Positions 39,411 through 51,115 of a DNA stretch of 64,000 nt are shown here, one piece after another. Origin of the DNA: Octopus sinensis. Taxonomy: Eukaryota. The stretch spans positions 3,100,001 through 3,164,000 of the forward strand of contig NC_043000.1 of the NCBI RefSeq assembly GCF_006345805.1, read 5' to 3'. Position 1 is the first letter of the stretch; every line of letters begins with the position of its first letter. The translations under genes were made by a program, and so were the position numbers. Below the pieces are notes generated by a model, which saw only the letters and a list, made by a program, of their open reading frames with translations, did no database searches and had not been told where the DNA came from.

Positions 39411-41967
39411 CGAATGATGGGCCTTATGAAGGCAATGACTAAGACCTTTGGCATTATGTCATGATTGAGAAGACCCATCAAGCCGAGCACAATTGCAATT
39501 ATGGCAGATACCGCTATCACGCAAATTGGCACCTGTGTCAGTGGCATGTAAATGCACCATGGTGTCACGCAAATGGCATCTGTGCTGGTGGCACGTAAAA
39601 GCACTCATTACACTCTTGGAGTGGTTTGCATTAGGAAGGGTATCCAGCCCAGTCAAACAGTCCAAACTATGCCAGCATTGACAACAGACGTTAAATAATG
39701 ATATATATATATATATATATACTCTTTTACTCTTTTACTTGTTTCAGTCATTTAACTGCGGCCATGCTGGAGCACCGCCTTTTAGTCGAGCAAATCGACC
39801 CCAGGTCTTATTCTTTGTAAGCCTTGTACTTATTCTATCAGTCTCTTTTTGCCGAACCGCTAAGTTACGGAGACGTAAACACACCAGCATCGGTTGTCAA
39901 GCGATGTTGGGGGGACAAACACAGACAGATAAACACACACACGCCTACACATATATATATTTACATATATAGGACGGGCTTCTTTTCAGTTTCCGCCTAC
40001 CAAATCCACTCGCAAGGCTTTGGTTGGCCCGAGGCTATAGTAGAAGACACTTGCCCATGGTGCCACCCAGTGGGACTGAACCTGGAACCATGTGGTTGGT
40101 AAGCAAGCTACTTACCACACAGCAACTCCTGCACCTATATAATATATATATATATATATATATAGGGGTAAAATATGAAAAATCAACGAAAATGCATATT
40201 GCAAATAAAAAAAGGCTATTTATAACAGGTAACGACAAATATATACATTTAGATTGACTGAGGTAGTAATACGAGTCATAAAAGTCATTATTATGAGATG
40301 ATTATAAGATGATAATAAAGTAAGAGAACAAAACGGACCATGGTTTACATGAAGCTATTCATCGTTTGAACATATCATCATCATCATCATTATCGTTTAA
40401 CGTCCGTTCTCCATGCTAGCATGGGTTGGACGGTTCGACCAGGGATCTGGGAAGCCAGAAGGCTGCACCAGGCTCCAGTCTTATCTGGCAATGTTTCTAC
40501 AGCTGGATGCCCTTCCTAACGCCAACCACTCCGTGAGTGTAGTGGGTGCTTTTTACGTGTCACCCGCACAGGTGCCAGGCAAGGCTGGCAACGCCCATGG
40601 TCGGATTGGTGCTTTTTACATGCCACCGGCATGGAAGCCAGTCGAGGCAGCGGTGGCTTCGGCCACGAGTCGGATAGTGCTTTTTTCGTACCACCAGTCC
40701 AGGGGTCCTGGCATCTGCCGGGTGCCAGTCATAGGATTGGTTCAATTCGATTTTGATTTCGATTTCACTTGCCCCATGTCTTCACGGTGTAGTACAGTGG
40801 GACTGAACTCAAAACCGTAGGGTTAGGAAGTAAATTTCTTAACTACACAGTCACACTGGTGCCTGTGAATGTGAAACCATCAGGGGAGACAAAATGAGTA
40901 AGAGGCTTTCAGATTTATAGTCGCTTGATGTCTCTTATTAATTGAGGTGGCAAACAACAGCGTTATCTTGATAAATATACTAACTGACAAAGTTTGAGGC
41001 TATAGCATATATTTATATGTGTGGTTTTGGAGATGCAAATGGATGCCATGAAGAGTATAACAGATATTGGAAGGGATGAACTGGTGTCATTCAACAATAT
41101 AGTCATGTGACCTGATGACACCATTCAGGGAAGAAGGAATAATTTAATCATTTGGAGGTTGGCCAAGAGATTTTTTAGAGGTGTTGACTTTTGTATATAG
41201 TAAAGATGAGAGAAGAGGTAAGAGAGAGAAAGACAGTGAATGAGACAGAAAATAATAGGCAGACGTGTATATATATATATATTCTTTTTTCTTTTATTCT
41301 TTCATTTATTTCAGTTGTTTGACTGTGGCCATGCTGGAGCACTGCCTTGGATGGTTTTAGTCAAACAAATCAACCACAGGATTTTTTTCTTTAAGCCTAG
41401 TACTTATTTTTTCGGTCTTTTTCGCCAAGCCACTAAGTTACAGGAACATAAGCAAACCAACACTGTTGTCAAGCGATGATTGGTGGGGGACGACACAGAC
41501 ATGGACACAAAGACACACATACAGATATATACAGATATATGATGAGCTTCTTTCAGTTTCCACCTACCAAACCCATTCACAAGGCTTTGGTCAGCCTGGG
41601 TCTATAGTAGAAGATATTTGCCCAAGGTGCCATGCAGTGGAACTGAACCCAGAACAATGTGGTAGAGAAGCAAGCTTCTTACTGGGACTAGCTCCTGTGC
41701 TGGGACTGGATCCCTTGCTGGTGATACGTAAGAAGCACCATTCAAGCATGGTTCATGCCAGTACTACCTGACTGGCTCCCATGCCAATGGCTCATAAAAA
41801 ATCACCCACTACACTCTTGGAGTGGTTGGCATTAGGAAGGGTATCCAGCTGTAGAGACCTTGCCAGAACAGACTGCAGTCTCATTGCAGCCTCCTGGCTT
41901 GCCAATCCTCAGCCAAACTGTCCAACCCATGCCAGCATGGGAAGTGGACATTAAACAATGATGATGT

Positions 41968-41998
<31 letters not shown>

Positions 41999-42490
41999 AT
42001 ATAAGAATATATATATTTTTAAATATATATATATATATTTAAATATATATAAGAATATATATATATATATAAATATATATATAAATATATATAGGAGTGG
42101 CTGTGTGGTAAGTAGCTTGTTTACCAACCACATGGTTCCGGGTTCAGTCCCACTGCGTGACACCTTGGGCAAGTGTCTTCTACTATAGCCTCGGGCCGAC
42201 CAAAGCCCTGTGAGTGGATTTGGTAGACGGAAACTGAAAGAAGCCCGTCGTATATATGTATATATATATATGAGTGTATGTGTGTCTGTGTTTGTCCCCC
42301 TAGCATTGCTTGACAACCGATGCTGGTGTGTTTATGTCCCCGTTACTTAGCGGTTCGGCAAAAGAGACCGATAGAGTAAGTACTGGGCTTACAAAAGAAT
42401 AAGTCCCGGGATCGAATTGCTCGATTAAAGGCGGTGCTCCAGCATGGCCGCAGTCAAATGACTGAAACAAGTAAAAGAGTAAAAGAGTAT
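39411..42490. mobile_element. Cluster of SINEs: D+ (39411-39700), A- (39720-40135), D- (40375-40770), A- (41290-41700), D+ (41720-41997), A+ (42092-42490)
   Basis: Each segment matches the family motifs defined above. Confidence 0.8.
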
Positions 42491-42532
42491 ATAAATATAT
42501 ATATATAATATATATATATATAAATATATATT

Positions 42533-42595
<63 letters not shown>

Positions 42596-43419
42596 CATGC
42601 ACACGCGTGCGTGCACATAATATACACAGAAAGTGAGAGACAGAGACAGACTGACATACAGGCAGGCAGGTGAGCAGGTATGTAGGTGAGCAGACAGAGG
42701 TGTGTGTTTGCTTGAAATGTGTGAAATGATGAAGAAGATGACTTGAGTGAATGTGTGAAATGCTGTAATAAACCATCAATCAATCAATCGACTAATTATG
42801 CTGTATCAGTCAATTAAGGTAATTGCTAAGCAATCTCAGCTTTGTCTACCAACGGCTGATCGTCTTTGTTGCTGCTGCTGCTGCTGCTTAAAATACAGTC
42901 CTCTTCTTCCTCCTCCTCCTCCTCCTCACCATAACCACTGTCATCATCATCATCATCATCATCATCATCACCATCATCATCACCCCCCCCCACCACCACC
43001 ACCATTGTCATGATCATCAGTATCATCCTAGTCAGTAGTATTAGCTATCACCTTTTGCTGCTTAATATGCTAGAAACAACAGCTATATTTCTCCTAAACC
43101 ACAGTCTCCCAACCTCATAATTAGCATTAATGAAAAACACATTGGATAATGGTAAACATGAAGGGTTGCATTGAAAGGTTGAATGGCCATGCCTGGAATC
43201 AGGTTTTATCATCATCACCACCATCCTCATCTCATTCATTTAAAAATTTTCAATATGCAAATTAAGGACTCCAGCATAGAATTAACTGCTGCATTTCTTG
43301 AGTATATATAGAGTTTATAGATTGGTTAAAAATTTTTGGTATGCAAATTAGGGACTCCAGCATATAATAACTGCTGCATTTGTTGAGTATATTAGCCACA
43401 AAGAATAATCTCTAATTCG

Positions 43420-45298
43420 ACCCTACTCTAAGCTACTTTGAATGCGTGTGGCAACTTGAAGATCCACCCACCACATGCGATAGACTGGCGGATGCACGGG
43501 CACAAAGATACGTTGTTATCCTCATTCCGTAAGTGGTGGTTTTTAACGGGTGGAGAGCTGAACCATCTTGGGGTACAGAGGATTCGCAATCTAGACTAGG
43601 GTCTGAAAGTTACCACACCATAGTGGGTTACACCATGGTTCCTCTGCTTTGTGGCAGAAGTAGGAAGAAAGAGTGAGAGAAAGTTGTGGGGAAAGAGTAC
43701 AGTGGGGTTCACCCCTAACCAATCCCCCAACCCCCTCGCCAGAGACTCGTGGAGTTTAGGTGTTTTTGCTCAATAAACACTCACAATGCCCGCTCTGGAA
43801 ATCGAAACTGCATTCTTATGACAGCGAGTCAGCTGCCCTAACCACTGGGCCATTGCGCTTTCATGTGCTGCTGTTGCTACAGTTGTCCCAGGAGGCATGT
43901 GGCTTAGTGGTTAGGGGTGTTCAGCTCATGACTGTAAAAATACAGGTCACGAGTTCAATTTCTGATGGCGTGCTGTGTCCTTGAGGAAGGCACTTTATTT
44001 CATGTTGCTCCAGTCAACTCACCTGGCAAAAATGAGTTGTACCTGTTATTCAAAGGGCCGACCTAGCCATGTTGCGTGTCATGCTGAATCTCCCTGAGAA
44101 CTACATTAAGGGTACTCGTGTCTGTGGAGTACTCAGCCACTTGCATGTTAATTTCATGAGGAGGCTGTTCCATTGATCATACCAAATGGAACCCTTGTCA
44201 TCGTAACCAATGAAGTGTCAGCTTGTTGCTGCATCTGATGATGCTTAATAGGGATAATGAGGATGTAATCCAATGAACCTGGACAAGCCCCTTGCCTATT
44301 TATGCTTTCTCAAATCGAATTATGATGAACAAGTTCAATCCTGCTTAAGGTAAAATACACATACTTGGAACATGATGAGGAACAAAGATTAAACACATAT
44401 TTAGAGATGATAAGTTAGATACTCTTTTACTTCTTTCACTCATTTAACTGCGGCCAAGCTGGAGCACCGCCTTTAGTCGAGCAAATCGACCCCAGGACTT
44501 ATTCTTTGTAAGCCTAGTACTTATTCTATTGGTCTCTTTTGTGAAACCGCTAAGTTATAGGGACATAAACACACCAGCATCAGTTGTCAAGCGATGTTGA
44601 CAAACACGGACAAGCGATGGGGACAAACACGGACACACATATATACATATACATGTATACGACAGGCTTCTTTCAGTTTCCGTCTACCAAATCCACTCAC
44701 AAGGCTTTGGTCAGCCCGAGGCTATAGTAGAAGACACTTGCCCAAGGTGCCACAGAGTGGGACTGAACCCAGAACCATGTGGTTGGTAAGCAAGCTACTT
44801 ACCACACAGCCACTCCTGCACTTATAATACCGATGACTTTGTGCTAACATGTTTAATACTTTAGCACTTAAACCAGCCATATCAGGCCCAAATTCTTTTA
44901 TTCTTTCACATGTTTCAGACATTTGACTATGACCATGCTGGAGCACCACCATAGAAGGTTTTTTAGTAGAAAAAATCAACCCCAGGACTTATTCTTTGTA
45001 AGCTTAGTACTTATTTTATCAGTCTCTTTTGCCAAACCACTAAGTTACAGGTACGAAACCACACCAGCATCAGTTGTCAAGAGATGGTGGGGGAACAAAC
45101 ACAGACACAACAACACACACACATGCACACACATGTATATATATGATGGGATTCTTTCAGTTTCTGTCTACCAAATCCACTCAGACGGCTTTGGTCAGCT
45201 TGGGGCTATAATAGGAGACACTTGCTCAAGGTGCTATGCAGTGAGACTGAACCTTGAACCATGTGGTTGGGAAGCGAGCCTCTTACCACACAGCCAAC
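43420..45298. mobile_element. SINE cluster: C- with a further distinct tail (43420-43860), C+ (43890-44215), A- (44422-44820), A- (44895-45298)
   Basis: Family motifs visible; coordinates approximate. Confidence 0.75.
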
Positions 45299-46615
45299 CA
45301 GCTAGTTCCAGTATCTTACATCTATCCTATTTTGTTATTCTATAAATAAACAATCACATCATCAAAATCTCGAAGCTATGAGATAATGCATGATTAATTC
45401 AAAACAGTATGAATAAATAAGCATTATATTTGACAGAGTAATCTGAATGCTAAAGCATTAATACAGTGATTATGGAAAAGCTAATTAAAAGTAATTAAGC
45501 TCTGAGGACAATACAACAATTAAATGTTTACTCATGTACAATATGGCAAAGTCTCTGGTTTGCTGAAGATATCTAATAAGATCAAAACATGTTCAGAGTT
45601 GTCTCCCCTTATCTGAATAATTAAAACGTTAGCTATTCAACATCGTTGTGTGGTAAGAAGTTTTCTTCACAACTACATGGTTCTGGTTTCAGTCCCAGTG
45701 CATAGCATCTTAGACAAATTTCTTCTAGTATAGCCCCAAGCCAACAAAGGGCTTCTACATGGATTTTGTCAACAGAAACTGAAAAAAGCATGTTGTGTGC
45801 GTGCATGTGTGTGTTGTGTTGACAACTGATGTTGGTTTGTCAATGTCCCGATAACATAGTGGTTTGGCAAAAAGTAACTGATAGAATAAGCACCAAACTT
45901 AGAAAACAAAATAAATGTAATGTGGGGTGGGTTTCTTTGATAAAATCCATCAAAGTAATGCCCCAGCATGGCCATGGTCCAATTGACTGAAACTAGTAAG
46001 ACAGATAAGATATATCTTGCATGTATATCTACTTAGTATTATATTTATTTTAGTAAATGCAGTGAAGTCGTTTCTTTGCTGATGATGTCTAATAAGACCA
46101 AAACATGTCCTGAGTTGTCTCCCCTTGCCTAAATATTTACAATTCTTGCCATTGAACTAATGCTTTTCTTTTTAAAGTTCTTTGCATTAAAAAGGTTAAC
46201 ATCAACTTAATTATTTCTTTTCATGCCGAATACGTTTCAAAGTAATTTGCATAAGTGATTTATATTTTGAATTGGATATACAGCTATGGAATTACATTTC
46301 CATAATTGATAAAGAACCAATGGAAATTAGAAAGATAAAAATACATATAGCATTTGCTGCTAACCCAGTAAATAAGTCCATCATTAACTTAATATGGCTG
46401 TCTTTAGCGAAAGATAAATTTAAATCATCCACTAATGTAACAATAATTGTAGAAACACGATAGAACTAATGGACAAAACTGCTAGAAGGAATGGTTTTAG
46501 TTTTACTTATAAAAGTTCTTTGTTAGAATTTATGTCGGAATCCATACTAGATGTGTATTATGCTGGGACACATTTAAGATCAAGCCCTTACCATTCAGAT
46601 TACTCTGTCAAATAT

Positions 46616-46940
46616 TTAAAAGACTCCGCCGGTTACGACGACGAGGGTCCCAGCTGATACGATCAACGGAACAGCTTTCTCGTGAAATTAACGTGCAAAT
46701 GGCTGAGCATTCCACAGACACGTGTACCCTTAACGTAGTTCTCGGGGATAATCAGCGTGACACAGAGAGTGACAAGGCTGACCCTTTGAAATACAAGTAC
46801 AACTCATTTTTGCCAGCTGAGTGGACTGGAGCAACGTGAAATAAAGTGTCTTGCTCAGGGACACAACGTGTCGCCGGGAATCAAACTCACAACCTTACGA
46901 TCATGAGCCGAATGCCCTAACCACTAAGCCACGCGCCCTC
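46616..46940 (-). mobile_element. SINE family C copy
   Basis: 14-bp TSD ACTCTGTCAAATAT at 46602-46615 and 46941-46954. Confidence 0.88.
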
Positions 46941-46971
46941 ACTCTGTCAAATATAATGCTTATTTAATCAG

Positions 46972-47456
46972 GGCTATACAGTGGTGGTATACACCCCTAC
47001 TGTCACGTTTGTGTTAGATTGCCAGTATACAACCATTCTATCGCCCCACCACCGTACATGTCTCTACGAGAGATTTAGAAATTCAGTATTTCCTATTTTG
47101 ATAATCAGTGAATAGACTTCACTGAATTATAGATGTATACAATACGAAGTCGAGACAAATATCGCCAGCTGACCGGTGTCTGCTACTCTAGGCCGATGAA
47201 GGACAATGATCCTGAAACACGTGTCCCTAGATGCAGCTTCGGCGGCCGGGGGTGTTTGTCTCCCCTTCATGAATGTATATAAGGACACAGGGAAAAATGT
47301 GTCAAAGCCATCAGGAGGCGTTCGATGCTTCCTAGGGCTATACAGCAGTGGTGTACCCCCCTACTGTCACGTTCGTGTTAGATTGACAGTATACAACCAT
47401 TCTATCGCCCCACCACCATACATGTCTCTACGAGAGATTTAGAAATTCAGTATTTC
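46972..47456 (+). mobile_element. Retrozyme-like non-autonomous retroelement: 364-nt unit plus 121-nt partial repeat, containing a hammerhead ribozyme
   Basis: 46970-47092 recurs at 47334-47456 (period 364, checked at GGGCTATACA 46971/47335 and ATTTAGAA 47073/47437). Flanked by the 8-bp direct repeat TTAATCAG (46964-46971, 47457-47464). No recognisable coding content. Hammerhead at 47188-47230. Confidence 0.85.
47180..47236 (+). ncRNA. Minimal type I hammerhead ribozyme with palindromic stem III (U4C core variant)
   Basis: Stem I CTAGG(47188-92)/CCTAG(47226-30); core CCGATGA(47193-99); stem II AGGA/TCCT with loop CAATGA; GAAA(47214-17); palindromic stem III ACACGTGT; cleavage triplet GUC, predicted cut between 47225 and 47226. 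Confidence 0.85.
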
Positions 47457-47494
47457 TTAATCAGATCATTTTGTATTAATCATGCATGATCCGT

Positions 47495-47730
47495 AGGCGT
47501 AGGAGTGGTTAAGTAGCTTGCTTACCAACCAAATGGTTCCGGGTTCAGCCCCACTGCGTGGCATCTTGGGCAAATGTCTTCTACTGTAGCCTCGGGCCGA
47601 CCAAAGCCTTGTCTTTGTAAGCCTAGTACTTATTCTATTGGTCTCTTTGCCGAACTGCTAAGTTACGGGGATGTAAACACACCAGCATCAGTTGTCAAAT
47701 GATGTTGGGGGGACAAACACAGACATACAA

Positions 47731-47778
<48 letters not shown>

Positions 47779-47965
47779 ACATATATATATATATACATAT
47801 ATACGACGGGCTTCTTTCAGTTTCCATCTACCAAATCCACTCACAAGGCTTTGGTCGGCCCGAGGCTATAGTAGAAGACACTTGCCCAAGGTACCACGCA
47901 GTGGGACTGAAACCAGAACCATGAGGCTGGTAAGCAAGCTACTTACCACACAGCCACTCCTGCGT
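47495..47965. mobile_element. Inverted pair of SINE A sequences: plus-strand 5' half abutting a minus-strand copy
   Basis: 47495-47610 (head, +) is the reverse complement of about 47840-47965. Confidence 0.8.
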
Positions 47966-48294
47966 ATTGGTAATGTTTTTATCATAGAGCTGCTTCTAAT
48001 TCGAATTCATTCTGCTTATGCTGTACCGTTGCAAACCAGAAGATAATTTATTCTTTATTTGTATGTAGTTCTGGCTAGTCGATTCAATTTTGTTTTAGTT
48101 TAGAAGTGAGAAGAGTGTGTGATATCGAATATCCACAACTACAGTAAAATACATATCTGTCACTCTTGTTATCACTTCCGGGCAATTTTGTTTCACCTAA
48201 CTCTGAAGTATATCGAGTGTTTTTTTTTAACATTATTTGTGTTTAAATGGATTTTTCCCAGACAAAAATGACACAACTTCTGGCATTTAAACAG

Positions 48295-48532
48295 TATACA
48301 TACTTGCATATGCATATACATACACACACATACACACACACACACACACACATACATTCATACATACATACATACATACATACACACATACATACATACA
48401 TACATACATACATACATACATACATACATGATACATACATACATACATACATACATACATGATACATACATACATACATACATATATACATACATACATA
48501 CATACATACATGATACATACATACATACATAC

Positions 48533-48579
<47 letters not shown>

Positions 48580-48662
48580 CATACATATATATACATACAC
48601 ACTAATGCACACACACACACACACATACATACATACATACATATATGCATACACACACACAC

Positions 48663-48694
<32 letters not shown>

Positions 48695-48713
48695 GCATAC
48701 ACACACACACACA

Positions 48714-48747
<34 letters not shown>

Positions 48748-48814
48748 CACACACACACACACCACACATACATACATACATACATACATACATACATACA
48801 TACATACATACATA

Positions 48815-48845
<31 letters not shown>

Positions 48846-48925
48846 CATACATACACACTAATGCACACACACACACACACACACACATACATACATATGT
48901 GTATACTTACTTATGTATGTATACA
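48295..48925. repeat. (TACA)n/(CA)n compound microsatellite
   Basis: Direct inspection. Confidence 0.95.
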
Positions 48926-49069
48926 GATTACATACAGACAGATTTCAGTCAGGTGATCATAATAGCCTACAATAAGGAAGCACTCAATGCTACACAAAGT
49001 AAGGATATTTACGTGTTTATTGTTGTCTATAAGAAGACAATAAATGTACACACACACAACAGGCTATAT

Positions 49070-49268
49070 TTCAGTCATTTGATTGTGGCCATGCTGGAGC
49101 ACCGCCTTTAGTCGAGCAAATCGACCCCAGGACTTATTCTTTGTAAGCCTAGTACTTATTCTATCGGTCTCTTTTGCTGAACTGCTAAGTTATGGGGACG
49201 TAAACACACCAGCATCAGTTGTCAAGCGATGTTGGGGGGACAAACACAGACACACAAACATATACACA

Positions 49269-49324
<56 letters not shown>

Positions 49325-50190
49325 CATATATACAATGGGCTTCTTTCAGTTTCCGTCTATCAAATCCACACACAAGGCTTTGGTTGGCCCGGAGCTATAG
49401 TAGAAGACACTTGCCCAAGGTGCCATGCAGTGGGACTGAACCCGGAACCATGTGGTTCATAAGCCAGCTACTTACCACACAGCCACTCCTACGCCTATAA
49501 AAGAGTAAAAGAGTAGGCTATTTTTCATTTCTGTTTACCAAATCTTTAGTCAGCAAGGGCTATAAAAAAAAACATACCCAAAATGGCATGCAGTAGGACT
49601 GAACCTGAAATCATGTGGCCGAGAAGCGAATTTCTGAACCACACACTGTGCCTTTAAAACAATAGGTCTCACCTATAAATATGTGTACACACACACACAC
49701 ACACACACACAAACAGATGTAGTGAGTTGGAGAATTGAAACTGCTTTAGCTCAGTAATAAGATACAGGCCACAGCATATCAGGCAATATCAGCCTAATTG
49801 TCAGCCAATGATACTTCAGCTGCGATCATTCAATTGCATGAGTTTGAATGGAATATTCCATGACTTCCTGCCAAATCCTGGCTACAAATCAAGTTGTGTG
49901 TCACAATCAAAAGAGAGAGGCACCAGCGATCTGTACAAAGCCAGATTTCTTGGTTACTGCTTGACCTGGGGTCACTCTTTTACTCTTTTGCTTGTTTCGG
50001 TCATTTGACTGCGGCTATGCTGGAGCACCGCCTTTAGTCAAGCAAATCGGCTTTGGTAAGCCCAGTACTTATTCTATCGGTCTCTTTTGCCGAACCGCTA
50101 AGTAACGGGGACATACACCAGCATCGGTTGTCAAGCAATGCTAGGGGGACAAACACAGACACACAAACACACACACACATACATACATAT

Positions 50191-50256
<66 letters not shown>

Positions 50257-50760
50257 CGACAGGCTTCTTTCAGTTTCCGTCTACCAAATCCACTCACAAT
50301 GTGGTTGGTAAACAAGCTACTTACTACACAGCCACTCCTGCGCCTAAAGGGGTTAAACGGAATCTTTTTTTCTTTGTGTGTGTTCCAGTCATTAGACTGC
50401 TGTCCTACTGGAGCATTGCCTTAAAGAATCTTAGTTCAATGAATCAACCCCAGTACTTATCTCTTTAAGCCGTGTTTGATTCTATTGATCTCTTTTGCCA
50501 AACTGCTAAGTAATGGGGTTGTAAAAAAAACCAACACCGGTTGTAAAGTGGCAGCAGGAGACAAACTCAGGCACAAAGACACCTCACACACATATATACA
50601 CATACACGGCAGGTTTCTTACAGTTTCCATCTTCCAAATCCACTCACAAGGCTTTGGTTGGCCAAGGCCAACCAAAGACACTTATAGAAGGCACTTGCCC
50701 AAAGCGCCACACAGTGGGACTGAACCTGGAACTATGTGGTTGGGAAGCTGACCACTTGGA
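49070..50760 (-). mobile_element. Three SINE A copies (49070-49500, 49970-50345, 50370-50760)
   Basis: Match the family A consensus on the minus strand. Confidence 0.8.
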
Positions 50761-50764
50761 ACAT

Positions 50765-51115
50765 GTCCTTAAATCCTTAAATCCTTAAAAATGTTTCAGC
50801 CCAAAAGCTGCGGCCATGCTGGGGCACCACCGTTGAATGAGCCACACTAGTATGTGAAACCACCTCTGATACGTGGCACTTGGTCAACAAGGGAGTTCGA
50901 CACCACTGCCCGCATCTGTGTTTCCTGCCGAGAGGTAGGTTCATCTGGAACACCTGACAAGAAGAGATCCAGTTTAGTTTTAAAGAAACCCACATCCACA
51001 CCATGCAGGTCTCTCAGGCATTTAGGAAGGATATTGAAGAGCTGTGGTCCCCTGAAACCCAAGCTGTATTTTGATGGTGATGTTGGGATATTTGGCACCA
51101 TGCAGTGGTGCCCCG
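50765..51115 (-). mobile_element. 3' end of a CR1/Jockey-group LINE
   Basis: Minus-strand GFRGPQLFNILPKCLRDL..FKTKLDLFLSGVPDEP..NSLVDQ, a typical RT-LINE C-terminus, followed by a short tandem tail (ATTTAAGG)n. Confidence 0.75.

Noticed and set aside
46272-46657. Missing N-terminal HMIT exon, or paralogue remnant on the minus strand
   Set aside because: Hydrophobic frames are broken by stops, with no GYDTG motif and no convincing splice sites.
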